NCBI GenBank assembly: GCA_002429485.1
Contig: DIZX01000016.1
Coordinates: 14,889-78,888, forward strand
From: Patescibacteria group bacterium UBA6017
Lineage (GTDB): Bacteria; Patescibacteriota; Saccharimonadia; UBA4664
Length of the DNA: 64,000 nt
Direction: 5' to 3'
Under the pieces are notes generated by a model. That model ran no database searches. It was given only the letters and a program-made list of their open reading frames with translations, and had not been told where the DNA came from. Shown here one piece after another: positions 9,439-18,890 of this stretch (its first letter is position 1; every line of letters starts with the position of its first letter). A program made the position numbers and the translations under genes.

Positions 9439-9482
9439 TATAGCCATATTTACTGCGTTTCAGCGCAATATAGCATTACATC

Positions 9483-9502
9483 AAGAGCCGTGAGGCTCTT
9501 TT
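9483..9502 (+). terminator. Terminator-like hairpin, copy
   Basis: AAGAGCCGTGAGGCTCTTTT; same core at 10001-10020 and a degenerate copy AGAGTCGTGATGCTCT at 7891-7906. Confidence 0.75.
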
Positions 9503-9551
9503 GGTATATCTCAATTTTAGAATCGAAAAATAACTTTGCTAGAATAAATGC

Positions 9552-9896
9552 ATGAAGTTTGTAAATCAATCCCAAGCAGTCGAATTCCGTAACGGTGATA
9601 CCTGTGTCGCATTAGAGTATCAGCTAAATGACGCCGATATCAACGGAGCGGTAATTCGACTATCTGGGCGCTATCCAGAGCAAGGTTTTGCTGTTAATGA
9701 AGTATCGAAAGAACTGGTGTATGTCGTCAAAGGCCAAGGGACGCTTACCGTTGGTGAGACTAGTACTCGTTTAAGTGAAGGTGACATGGCATTGCTTATG
9801 CCTGGCGAGAAGTATTTCTTCGATGGTGAGCTTGTAATGATGATGCCCTGCGCCCCAGCCTGGACGCCGCAGCAGCATAAACTGGTTAGCGATTAA
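9552..9896 (+). CDS. Cupin-domain protein
   Basis: ELVYVVKGQG...LSEGDMALLMPGEKY, PAWTPQQH. Confidence 0.85.
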   Translation: MKFVNQSQAVEFRNGDTCVALEYQLNDADINGAVIRLSGRYPEQGFAVNEVSKELVYVVKGQGTLTVGETSTRLSEGDMALLMPGEKYFFDGELVMMMPCAPAWTPQQHKLVSD

Positions 9897-9941
9897 TCAC
9901 AGACCGAGGATTCAAAGCATAGCCGACCTCAACCCCCGCTT

Positions 9942-9984
9942 CGGCGCGCATCTTGGTTCGAACAATGCTAATAATGCTCCACCA
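9942..9984 (+). repeat. att remnant 4 (43-nt repeat)
   Basis: CGGCGCGCATCTTGGTTCGAACAATGCTAATAATGCTCCACCA; 34/43 identical to 9396-9438. Confidence 0.85.
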
Positions 9985-9996
9985 GCACTAATTAAT

Positions 9997-10022
9997 AAAA
10001 AAGAGCCGTGAGGCTCTTTTTT
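9997..10022. terminator. Bidirectional rho-independent terminator
   Basis: AAAAAAGAGCC-GTGA-GGCTCTTTTTT between convergent genes. Confidence 0.9.
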
Positions 10023-10076
10023 ATTAAATCGCAGGATTTAAGACCGCAGTTAGTAATGCTCAATAAGCCTGGCCGC

Positions 10077-11591
10077 CTAAGTGCGAACCCCAGATCCGGA
10101 CTCATCCTGGACGATATTGCTCGTACCGCCTTCTACGATTGACTGCCCCGAAACCAGCGTCAGGACTGCATTCTCGGTAAACTCTTTCAAATTCAATGAG
10201 CCTAGGTTGCACATAGTGGAGCGCAGTTTTCCGATAGTTACGCTCAGCATGTCTTTCACCGGCCCGATTACGGGTACATACCCATCAATTCCTTCTTCGA
10301 ACAGCAGGCCGTCGACGGTCTTGCCTTCGCTGTAGCGCTGCCAGTTGCGAGCTCGGTTCGATCCCTCGCCCCAATATGGCTTGAAGATGCTGTTCTTGAT
10401 GGTCACTTTCTGCGTTGGGCTCTCGTCGCTCATCGCGAAGTATCGCCCCATCATCACAAAGTCAGCGCCCATCGCCAGAGCAATAATAATCTGCGTGTCA
10501 TTAGCCAGCCCGCCATCCGAGCAGATTGGAATATAAATCCCTGTCTCTTCGAGGTATCGGTTGCGTTCAGCCACAACGTCCAATAGCGCGGAGGCCTGGC
10601 CCCGGCCAATGCCTTTTTGTTCGCGGGTAATGCAGATGGATCCGCCGCCGATGCCAACCTTGACGAAGTCGACTTTGGCTTCTTCTGCCAGATATCGAAA
10701 ACCCTCTGCCGAGACAACGTTGCCGGCGCCTATAACAATCGAATCGCCGTACTTCTCCCGAGCCCAGAGTGCGGCATCGCGTTGGTATTCAGAGAAACCA
10801 TCCGAGGAATCAAATGCAACAATATCTACTCCTGCCTCCATCAGCGCCGGCAGTCGGACTTCGTAGTCGTGAGTATTTATACCTGCGGCCGCTACTAACC
10901 TCTTTTCGTTGTCGAGCAGCTCAAGCGGGTTGTTCTTGTGGGCAACATAATCTTTCTTGAACACAATCGAGTTCAGCTTGCCGTCTTTTTCCAAAATCGG
11001 CAGAGCTTCTTTTTTGTGTTTATGGAGCAATTCATTTGCCGATCTGAGCCCAATTCCTATTTCGCCGAAAATTACCTTTTCTTTTGGCGTCATGTGCGAG
11101 CTGACTATCGAGCTAAGATCGTCTTCAAACTCCCAGAAATCGTTATCAGTAATAATTCCCTCGAACATGCCGGTGGGCGAGCCGTCGCTGGTGACCGCAA
11201 CCGTTGAGTGCCCTTCGCGGCGCATGAGATCCAGCAATTCACGCAAGGTTGCGCCTGGTTTGACGTTTAAGGTGCTCTTAACGAACCCGGCTTTGTGCAA
11301 TTTAATCTTGGAGATCATCGCGGCCTGGGCTTCGATTGTCTGCGAACAGAATACAAAAGCCGCCCCGCCCTGTCGGGCCAGGGCTACGCCCATATCAACC
11401 CCGGAGACGGCCTGCATGCTGGCAGATACCACTGGAAGATTCAACTGGAGCCGACTCGTCTCGCCCTTCTTAAATTTGGCAACGGGCGCCAAGAGGGAGA
11501 CATTCGAGGTCATATGAATCTTTTTTGTGAGCCGGGGGATTAAAAGATACTCAGAAAACGTTCGGGAAAAACCATCAAGTACATGTGACAT
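10077..11591 (-). CDS. guaB: IMP dehydrogenase with CBS domains
   Basis: KVGIGGGSICITR catalytic loop, CSDGG, MMGRYFA, YWGEGS, EEG; start moved to MSHVLDG. Confidence 0.93.
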   Translation of the reverse strand: MSHVLDGFSRTFSEYLLIPRLTKKIHMTSNVSLLAPVAKFKKGETSRLQLNLPVVSASMQAVSGVDMGVALARQGGAAFVFCSQTIEAQAAMISKIKLHKAGFVKSTLNVKPGATLRELLDLMRREGHSTVAVTSDGSPTGMFEGIITDNDFWEFEDDLSSIVSSHMTPKEKVIFGEIGIGLRSANELLHKHKKEALPILEKDGKLNSIVFKKDYVAHKNNPLELLDNEKRLVAAAGINTHDYEVRLPALMEAGVDIVAFDSSDGFSEYQRDAALWAREKYGDSIVIGAGNVVSAEGFRYLAEEAKVDFVKVGIGGGSICITREQKGIGRGQASALLDVVAERNRYLEETGIYIPICSDGGLANDTQIIIALAMGADFVMMGRYFAMSDESPTQKVTIKNSIFKPYWGEGSNRARNWQRYSEGKTVDGLLFEEGIDGYVPVIGPVKDMLSVTIGKLRSTMCNLGSLNLKEFTENAVLTLVSGQSIVEGGTSNIVQDESGSGVRT

Positions 11592-11647
11592 ACCCCAGTC
11601 TAGCCTTAAATACCTCGTACTGTAAACACCGATCCGAGATGAAGTGC

Positions 11648-12235
11648 CTAGCCTCGTATAGCTGCCCAGCCCTCTCGATAGCCGTAAAATACGATCACAA
11701 ATCCAGCCAGCGGGTCTGCCCACCACCACCCCAACAGGGGATTTAAGATAATTCCTATCAGAACTGCCGCCGCCAGATAGGCATCAATGAGCGTGACCCT
11801 GCCTTCGGTCTGGAGAACGGCATTGTCCAATTTCTTCCCCACGCTCATTTTGCTAAACGCGAGCAGCAGCATGGCAATAAATGTCACTAATGTCCAAATA
11901 ATCCCGATACTTGATGGCTGCGGACGGAAACCGCTCAACAATACCGTAATCGATTGTGCCGCAATGTATGTCGCCAACAGCATGAAGGCAATGCCGATCA
12001 TTTTCATCGCACGTCGCTGGGAGTGTTCCTTGATCTTTTTAAGTTCCCAAACCACAACCACGGATGCAAAAATCTCGACCAGGCTATCAAGCCCGAAACC
12101 GGCGAGCGCTACGGAGCCCGATTTAAGCGCGGCATATACGAGAATCATTACGCCGACGACATTCCAAGATAGCGTGATGTATTCCAGCCATAAGCCTTGC
12201 CGCAGAAGTTTTGAAGTGTGAGCGAGGCTAGTCAT
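11648..12235 (-). CDS. Cation-efflux-like membrane transporter (TM domain only)
   Basis: SGSVALAGFGLDSLVE, GWWWADPLA; several TM helices. Confidence 0.78.
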   Translation of the reverse strand: MTSLAHTSKLLRQGLWLEYITLSWNVVGVMILVYAALKSGSVALAGFGLDSLVEIFASVVVVWELKKIKEHSQRRAMKMIGIAFMLLATYIAAQSITVLLSGFRPQPSSIGIIWTLVTFIAMLLLAFSKMSVGKKLDNAVLQTEGRVTLIDAYLAAAVLIGIILNPLLGWWWADPLAGFVIVFYGYREGWAAIRG

Positions 12236-12329
12236 TGCCCAGAATTGTCGCACGAATAATGGTTATCCCCAAGGAGCCAGCGGCAAGATATCAAAATAAG
12301 GCATAAGACTTTTTTGTTATACTTTCCCT

Positions 12330-12731
12330 ATGCGTAAGTTTGTCTACCAGAAATTCATACGGGATAAGATCCTCGACCACATGCTCGGCCAGGGCGAGCA
12401 GCCCGAGCACCATATTTTGAATGACCAAGATTATCTCCTTGAGTTAAAGAACAAAATTCTCGAAGAAGGTTCCGAAATCACGCTTGATGATCACGATAAA
12501 CTGCTCGAGGAGCTAGCTGACTTGCAGGAAGTCATAGATTGTATGCTCAATGCTATCGGCGAGAACTCTCATGCAGTCAAAGAGATTCAGGATAAGAAAA
12601 ATTCAAAACTCGGCTCGTTTGGTAAAAGAGTCTTCATCGACACCGTAGCGATACCGGATGGCAATGAGTGGATCAAGTATCTTGAGTCCAACCCCGATCG
12701 TTATCCTGAAATAAAGGGAGATATAAATTAG
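12330..12731 (+). CDS. All-alpha NTP pyrophosphohydrolase (MazG/HisE-like)
   Basis: KFIRDKI, KILEEGSE, EELADLQEVI. Confidence 0.8.
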   Translation: MRKFVYQKFIRDKILDHMLGQGEQPEHHILNDQDYLLELKNKILEEGSEITLDDHDKLLEELADLQEVIDCMLNAIGENSHAVKEIQDKKNSKLGSFGKRVFIDTVAIPDGNEWIKYLESNPDRYPEIKGDIN

Positions 12732-12732
12732 C

Positions 12733-12990
12733 ATGATCAAACCATATCCCCTAGTCGGAGTGTACGAACACTACAAGAGCACGGCCCAGAGCCGACGCTA
12801 CTATCAAGTAATTGGCTTTGCGAAGCATACCGAGACCGAAGAAATCCTAGCCGTTTATGTGCCGCTGTATGTTATCCCGGAGCATACTGGACTTCGCCTG
12901 CAGGTGCGCCCACTCGAGATGTTCGTGGAAGACGTTGAGCTGGGCGGCAAACATATGCCGCGGTTCAGATACATCGGACCGGAACTCTAG
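12733..12990 (+). CDS. DUF1653-like protein
   Basis: GVYEHYK, YQVIGFAKHTETEE, VRPLEMF, PRF. Confidence 0.82.
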   Translation: MIKPYPLVGVYEHYKSTAQSRRYYQVIGFAKHTETEEILAVYVPLYVIPEHTGLRLQVRPLEMFVEDVELGGKHMPRFRYIGPEL

Positions 12991-13056
12991 GCCTAAAACC
13001 TCAATGTCAGCAGCAAAATATGCTACCATAAGCAAGATAACAGGTAGCCGCCAGCC

Positions 13057-13263
13057 ATGGACGTTCGAGCCAAATCCAAAGACACATCCACCTCCCGCCT
13101 CAGTGACAATTTTCTTTCTGATATCGTTCGCCCCCGCACCAAGCACGTCTCATATGGTGACGGCTTTCGGTTTGGCATCGGCCTCATCACCGCCCAACTG
13201 CTCGTCGTACTCATCGTGGGCGGCTTGGCCTGGGGCATTGTAGCGGCATTTAAGCTTCATTAG
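13057..13263 (+). CDS. Small membrane protein
   Basis: 68 aa with hydrophobic C-terminal helix (DGFRFGIGLITAQLL...). Confidence 0.6.
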   Translation: MDVRAKSKDTSTSRLSDNFLSDIVRPRTKHVSYGDGFRFGIGLITAQLLVVLIVGGLAWGIVAAFKLH

Positions 13264-13327
13264 TTGCCTGCTTTACTTGCTTAAACCCCTATATTTTGGT
13301 AATGTTCTGTCTTGTTAGATCATACGT

Positions 13328-13403
<76 letters not shown>

Positions 13404-14521
13404 TAATAAGTACCCGGAACCCAACGCCGGGTGCTTTTTATTTGAGTGTATTATTTGGCAGTGCCTACGCTCAAAACCGCTTGAATATGTTATAACTATC
13501 CACACCCCATCGCCTGCACCAAGAAATGGAGAGGCCGTGGTGAGTACCTTGAGTCAGATCGACAACAACAAGACGCAGGCTGCATCAGGCACCTACTAGC
13601 CGGGAGGCGAAGTGTTATGGCACGAACAGAAATAGTTTGTCCAAATTGCGTTCTTGGTCGTATTTACCTGGACGATGGGCGCTCCGCCATTTGTCCCACA
13701 TGCAAAGGGAAGCGAGTCGTACGAACGTTGGACCGACCCGTAACCGAGCTGAATGTTCTTCAAGAACTCGATCGGGTGGGAGCCGTCCTACTCGACCGAC
13801 ACTTCGTCTACAACAGCAATAGGCACGGCTCCGGCTACATCAACATGGATCCGTTGTTCCCCAATACGGGGCTTGTTGCCTCGATCTGCGCGCAGCTTGT
13901 CCGTCCGTTCGAAGGTGACTTCGATACGGTGGTGAGTCCGGCAACCGGCGGGGTGGTGCTTGCGTTTGCCAGTGCCAGCCAGACCCCCGGCAAGAAACCG
14001 GCCGCAGTCTGGGCCGACAAGAGCGGTGACGACTTTCGCTTCGAGCGGGCAGGCTTCGTCGCCCATCTGAGAGGAAAGCGGGTTCTGGTGGTCGAGGATC
14101 TACTCACCACCGGCGGCTCGGTGATAAAGGTCTGCCGCGAGGCCGAGCAGCATGGCGCCGAGATTATCGGTGTCAGCGTCATCTGCAACCGAGGCGGCAT
14201 TGCCGCTGAGCAGCTAGGTGTATCCCGCCTGGTAGCTCTCGCCAGTGTCAATTTCGCAGCTGCCGTTCCTTTCGAATGCGATCTTTGCGCCACCGGCGTT
14301 CCAATCGTCGAGGACATCGGTCACGGTATGAAATACAAGGCCGAGCATCCTGACTACACGGGTGGCTTCATCAAGCTGCTCTGAACACCTAGCAGTAGGT
14401 GGGTACTCAGTTCCAGGGGCACCTCTGGGGCTGAGTCTCAACCCAAGGTCTCAAATATTTGAGGGCTTAGGCAGAGTACTTGTCGGCGCTGAAAAAGTGT
14501 AGCTAACCCCAATCTCCACCA
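13404..14521. mobile_element. Integrase-less islet behind tRNA-Ala carrying pyrE
   Basis: CTCCACCA plus the ACCCGGAAC...CGGGTG terminator at 13396-13445 recur in diverged form at 14514-14563. Confidence 0.7.
13617..14384 (+). CDS. pyrE: Orotate phosphoribosyltransferase with N-terminal zinc finger
   Basis: HFVYNSNRHGSGYIN, PATGG, PRPP-binding VLVVEDLLTTGGS. Confidence 0.82.
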   Translation: MARTEIVCPNCVLGRIYLDDGRSAICPTCKGKRVVRTLDRPVTELNVLQELDRVGAVLLDRHFVYNSNRHGSGYINMDPLFPNTGLVASICAQLVRPFEGDFDTVVSPATGGVVLAFASASQTPGKKPAAVWADKSGDDFRFERAGFVAHLRGKRVLVVEDLLTTGGSVIKVCREAEQHGAEIIGVSVICNRGGIAAEQLGVSRLVALASVNFAAAVPFECDLCATGVPIVEDIGHGMKYKAEHPDYTGGFIKLL

Positions 14522-14614
14522 ATAAAAACACCCGGAACTTTAGCGTCGGGTGTTGTTTATTTGGGTTTGTATTACGAGAAGGGCCAGTGTGGCTTTTTTT
14601 GTTATGATCTACGA

Positions 14615-15175
14615 ATGGCGCCACAACCAAATCATCTAAGCTACCCGTCGTTTATCACAAGCTTTATCAAGATCGGATTCCAGGCCTTTGGCGGCTCGGC
14701 GACCACGGCTTCACTTATGGAGCAATTCATTGGGGATAGACTTTCGAAGCAGCAAATCCACGCGGCGTACGCCTACGCTCTCATCCTGCCCGGGGCTTCG
14801 CAGGTCGCCATTGTCTCCAACGTAGGGTACCGGCTCAAGGGTAGATGGGGAGCGCTGGTTGCGACCATCTGCTACTTACTGCCCTCGCTTAGCCTCATTA
14901 CAGCCTTTGCCGTGGTCTACTTTGGCTTCACCGGCGGAACGCATACTACAACTCACCTAAGTGGAGTTCTTGCGGCGCTTGCGGGAATCATGCTCTCAAA
15001 CTCGCAAAGGGTGGGCAAATCAAACGCCACCAGTAGCTGGATGTGGGTGCCGGTTTTATGCGCTTTCGTAGCCAGCTTCCTCCTGCATATAAACGCCACC
15101 CTAATTCTCTTATGCTCTGGAACTGCGGCAATGAGCCTGTATCTGCTAGCAAAAAGGCCGCACATATGGAGATGA
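14615..15175 (+). CDS. Short-chain chromate ion transporter subunit
   Basis: FIKIGFQAFGG, LPGA motif, GYRLKG. Confidence 0.85.
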   Translation: MAPQPNHLSYPSFITSFIKIGFQAFGGSATTASLMEQFIGDRLSKQQIHAAYAYALILPGASQVAIVSNVGYRLKGRWGALVATICYLLPSLSLITAFAVVYFGFTGGTHTTTHLSGVLAALAGIMLSNSQRVGKSNATSSWMWVPVLCAFVASFLLHINATLILLCSGTAAMSLYLLAKRPHIWR

Positions 15176-15693
15176 TTGCAACCCTGGTCCATTTCTTTCT
15201 CACGATGCTCTACATTAGCCTCATAGCTTTTGGCGGTAGCGCGCAGCCGCTCTTCGAGCAGTTCACTGTTTTGCAAAATCACTGGTTATCACAAACCGAC
15301 TTCGCAGCTGTATTGGCCTTTGGCTATTCAACCCCCGGCCCCGCCGTATTTGGGACAGCTGCCTTTATCGGATACCGCCTAGCCGGACTCCCCGGAGCGG
15401 TTGTTGGGAGCGTAGGAATATTTACGGTCCCGCTCTTAGCGTCATTAATTACGGCCAAATATCTCACGACCATCCTGGAAAAACCATCTGCCAAAGCGTT
15501 CATAAGGGGCGTCGGACTGGCAGCCTCCGGATTGCTGGCAGCCACTGCACTGCATATTGCCGGCCCAAACTGGCTCCATCCAGCCAATTTTGCCATCATG
15601 CTCTTGGCATACATACTCCTTACCCGCAAACTTTCTAACCCGCTACTCCTGCTTGTGGGCGGCGGACTAGTGACTACAATTTTTGGGATATAG
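15172..15693 (+). CDS. Short-chain chromate ion transporter subunit
   Basis: AFGG, WLS, TPGP, FIGYRLAG; ATGA overlap with the partner gene. Confidence 0.85.
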   Translation: MIATLVHFFLTMLYISLIAFGGSAQPLFEQFTVLQNHWLSQTDFAAVLAFGYSTPGPAVFGTAAFIGYRLAGLPGAVVGSVGIFTVPLLASLITAKYLTTILEKPSAKAFIRGVGLAASGLLAATALHIAGPNWLHPANFAIMLLAYILLTRKLSNPLLLLVGGGLVTTIFGI

Positions 15694-15851
15694 GCCGCCT
15701 GCTTTTATTTGGCCAAGGCAGTAATCGTCAATCTGTCCAACGGCAGGTGAGCCATAGATGCTCTAAGATATGTGCAATTACTCCAAATGGAGCGATTGCA
15801 CATGAATATCGTCCGCAGCCTTGCTCGGACTCGAGTTTCGAAGGAGGGGAA

Positions 15852-16208
15852 ATGCCCGCCAAACCACCCAACTACCCGGAGGCGCGAAGTCTAGTCGACC
15901 AAATTCGGACGCAAATGTCCATCATTCCCCAAGCCCGCGGCATCAGTATTATCCCCGGCGAGCAGGAACCGTATATCGTCTTTCGAGACAACGACGGAGA
16001 CCTGCGCTACGCGGATATCAGTCTGATCATCAAAGACCCTGTCGTCTTACGGCAGGTCACGTCGATGTGCTGGCAGCTGAGAGAACTTCTCCCGGACCAG
16101 CCCGACATCTTCCAAGGGGAGGCTGCATATGAGCAAGCCGAGCGAGAGCTCCGTGGTCAGTACGGCATTGAATTCTGCGGTGTCAACGGCCTCCGCATTT
16201 TGCCCTAA
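15852..16208 (+). CDS. Hypothetical protein
   Basis: AAGGAGG RBS before the ATG; followed by a long TTCG-loop hairpin at 16216-16249. Confidence 0.6.
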   Translation: MPAKPPNYPEARSLVDQIRTQMSIIPQARGISIIPGEQEPYIVFRDNDGDLRYADISLIIKDPVVLRQVTSMCWQLRELLPDQPDIFQGEAAYEQAERELRGQYGIEFCGVNGLRILP

Positions 16209-16286
16209 TGATCACCCCGGTACTGGTGTCTTCGGACGCCGGCACCGGGCCTACCCCGACATTTCAACTGCGGTTGAAGTTTCAGG

Positions 16287-18425
16287 CTAGGCTTCCTCTT
16301 GCACACCCAACCGCTTCGATAATCGCGCCAACGGCGCCGGCGCCCACCAGTTGAGGTGACCCAGCAGACGCATAGCTGAGGGCACTAGCACCAGCCGCAC
16401 GATTGTCGCATCGATGGCTACCGCCACGCCCAAGCCTACGCCCACTTGCTGGATAATCCCGATCTTGCCGGTGGCAAACAGGCCGATTACTACCACCAGC
16501 ATCAGTGCCGCCGAGGTGATGATGCTGGCCGTTCGCTCCACGCCTACCGCCACGGCGTTGGCATTATTGCCCGTGCGGTCGTACTCTTCTTTGACCCGCG
16601 ATAGCAGGAATAATTCGTAATCCATCGCCAGCCCAAATGCGATTGCGAAGATCAGTACCGGCTGCGTGGCGTCGATGCTGCCATTTGACACAAAACCCAG
16701 CTGACTCGTGAGGTGGCCGTCCTGAAAGATCCACACCAAGACGCCGAATGCGGCCGACAGCGACAGGACGTTTAAGATGACAGCCTTGAATGGGATCACC
16801 ACACTCCCGAGCATGATGAACAGCAGGGTGGAGGTGGTTACCAGAATTATCAGACCCGCCAATGGCAGCTTGGACCCCAGCCCGTCCAGCAGGTCAACCA
16901 ACTCCGCGCTGGTGCCTCCCGAATACACCGTCCAACCCTCAGGTATAGCTACGGTCCTTGCATTGCGCACTACCTGCTGGGCTGCGGGCGACTGACTCTT
17001 ATATTGCTCACTAAAAGCCACGTTGTAGAAGTTGCCCTCGGCGCCGAGAATTTTCTGCTTGTCTAATCCGTCGACTTTGCTGAAACGAGCCAAATATTCG
17101 GATAACTTACGTTGATTGTCCGGCAAATTCGCCGGGCCATCTGCCTCAATTACTAGAGTCAATTTGGTGTCGCCGGCCCCGGCAAAGTTGGTCGCTAGCT
17201 GGTCGTTTACCTGTCGGCTCGAATAGCTGGCGGGCACCGTCTTGGCATCGGGGGTGGTAAATATGGCGGAGTAAAAGGGGATACCCAGCACTACCAGCAG
17301 CTCCACCGCCAGTCCAAACATCAGGAGCGGGCGGCGCATGATGAAGTGGCTGTAGCGGTACCAGAATCCATGCTCGGCCGGGCGAGACAGGCTTTTGTGC
17401 AGCCCCGGTAGCGCCAAGTCGTTAATATGATGGCCAATCAATCGCAAGGCCGCCGGCAGTACCGTGAGCGCCAGTATGGCCGTGGCCGCCACCGCTGCCG
17501 CGCCGCCCATGCCCATGCTGCGCAGGAAGCCTTGTGGGAACACCAAGAGCCCCAGCAGACACAGGACCACGGTGAGGGCGCTAAAGAACACCGTCCGGCC
17601 CGCCGTGCGCAAAGTAGTGGCAATTGCCTTATTGGTAGTGGCTCCGCCCGCCAGCTCTTCCCGGAACCGGCTCACAATAAACAAGCTGTAATCAATCGCC
17701 AGTCCCAATCCCATGAGGGTAATAATATTGATGGCATACACCGACACCGTGGTGTAATTCGTGATTATTCTTACCAGCAAAAATGCCACTAGAATACTCA
17801 ACCCTCCCAGGCCCAGGGGTACCAACGCGGCCACGACACTCCGAAATACCAGCACCAACAAAATCGCCAAGATCGGAAACGACAGCATTTCGGCTTTGGC
17901 CAAATCCTTGGTAACCTGGGCGCTGATCTGGTCATTGACCGCCACGAATCCTCCATACTCTACCGCCACTCCCGTCCCGCTCTTGATCTGGTTTTGGAGA
18001 TTATGGAAGGTGGTCACTTTTTCGGCCTGTGTGCCGTTCAGGGCGACCGTCGCGAAGGTCTGCCTGCCGCTAGTCGATACAAAATCCGGTGCTCCAGTTG
18101 AGAAATAGCTGGTTACGTTCGCCACTCCAGACGTAGACTTGGCCGTATCGAGTTGACGCCTCACGAATTGAGCCGTGCTTGGGTCGCTAGTGATGCTTCG
18201 GTCGCTGGCGGAAAACAAAATTACCAGATCGGACCGCTGATTCTTGAACTCACTCGACAGTGTTGACAGGGCTTTTTCGGATGAAGAGTTCGGGTCGCCA
18301 TAGCCGCCGCTCGATAGCCGGGAGAATACCGTCAGCCCGTAGCTGGCAGCTATCACGGCCAGGATTAGCCCGGCGGTTAGGACCCAGCCCGGCCGGCGAT
18401 TAGTTATGTGTGTCCATCGGTTCAT
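16287..18425 (-). CDS. MMPL/RND-family transporter
   Basis: GLAIDYSLFIVSRFREE and GLAMDYELFLLSRVKEE; two TM repeats. Confidence 0.92.
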   Translation of the reverse strand: MNRWTHITNRRPGWVLTAGLILAVIAASYGLTVFSRLSSGGYGDPNSSSEKALSTLSSEFKNQRSDLVILFSASDRSITSDPSTAQFVRRQLDTAKSTSGVANVTSYFSTGAPDFVSTSGRQTFATVALNGTQAEKVTTFHNLQNQIKSGTGVAVEYGGFVAVNDQISAQVTKDLAKAEMLSFPILAILLVLVFRSVVAALVPLGLGGLSILVAFLLVRIITNYTTVSVYAINIITLMGLGLAIDYSLFIVSRFREELAGGATTNKAIATTLRTAGRTVFFSALTVVLCLLGLLVFPQGFLRSMGMGGAAAVAATAILALTVLPAALRLIGHHINDLALPGLHKSLSRPAEHGFWYRYSHFIMRRPLLMFGLAVELLVVLGIPFYSAIFTTPDAKTVPASYSSRQVNDQLATNFAGAGDTKLTLVIEADGPANLPDNQRKLSEYLARFSKVDGLDKQKILGAEGNFYNVAFSEQYKSQSPAAQQVVRNARTVAIPEGWTVYSGGTSAELVDLLDGLGSKLPLAGLIILVTTSTLLFIMLGSVVIPFKAVILNVLSLSAAFGVLVWIFQDGHLTSQLGFVSNGSIDATQPVLIFAIAFGLAMDYELFLLSRVKEEYDRTGNNANAVAVGVERTASIITSAALMLVVVIGLFATGKIGIIQQVGVGLGVAVAIDATIVRLVLVPSAMRLLGHLNWWAPAPLARLSKRLGVQEEA

Positions 18426-18569
18426 CTTGAATCCTATTCTTGCTAATTACACGCATCCGTAAGCGTAATAATACATTATACTTAACACCGCCGAGGCTCA
18501 GGCAGCTTGACCTTATAAGCATAAGTGCGATAATTAGTTACAATAAGTAAGGTATATGTAGTAACTATT

Positions 18570-18890
18570 ATGAAGCAAAATTATCTACACGATCAGCGTG
18601 GCATCGCCATGCTACTCGAGTTGGTTCTCGTAGCCGCAGTTCTTGGCCTAGTTGGCGTTGCGGTCTATCAGTCCAGCCATCGCAACAACCCCACGGCTTC
18701 GGTCGCTGGTCAGCAAGCCGCTCCCAATAGTACCGTTGGTCTGGCCAACTCAGCTGCCGCAATTACGCAATCCGAATCAAATTCCGATTCTGTATTGAGT
18801 GCGTCCGCCGATGCATCGGCCAGCCAGGTCACCGAGTCCGATGTTGACGTATCTAACCTTGGAGGCAGCACCAGTGCGAACTCTTTCTAG
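18570..18890 (+). CDS. Small prepilin-like membrane-anchored protein
   Basis: QRG followed by hydrophobic IAMLLELVLVAAVLGLVG; Ser/Ala-rich tail. Confidence 0.65.
   Translation: MKQNYLHDQRGIAMLLELVLVAAVLGLVGVAVYQSSHRNNPTASVAGQQAAPNSTVGLANSAAAITQSESNSDSVLSASADASASQVTESDVDVSNLGGSTSANSF

Larger units (their letters stand above)
7846..9984. mobile_element. Array of three single-gene cassettes delimited by tRNA 3'-end remnants
   Basis: Units of 698, 895 and 546 bp, each one gene followed by a 43-nt repeat ending ATGCTCCACCA. Confidence 0.7.

Noticed and set aside
8501-9984. 43-nt repeats as a CRISPR array or integron attC sites
   Set aside because: Spacing is 0.5-0.9 kb with whole genes between; no cas genes; no RYYYAAC...GTTRRRY hairpin layout. 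The tRNA-like CCA ends explain them better.
11592-11729. Long N-terminal extension of guaB in the ORF track
   Set aside because: Overlaps the upstream transporter gene; IMPDH similarity begins at MSHVLDG (11591).
13537-13599. 20-aa ORF upstream of pyrE as a leader peptide
   Set aside because: No informative codon run or attenuator hairpin; cannot be supported.
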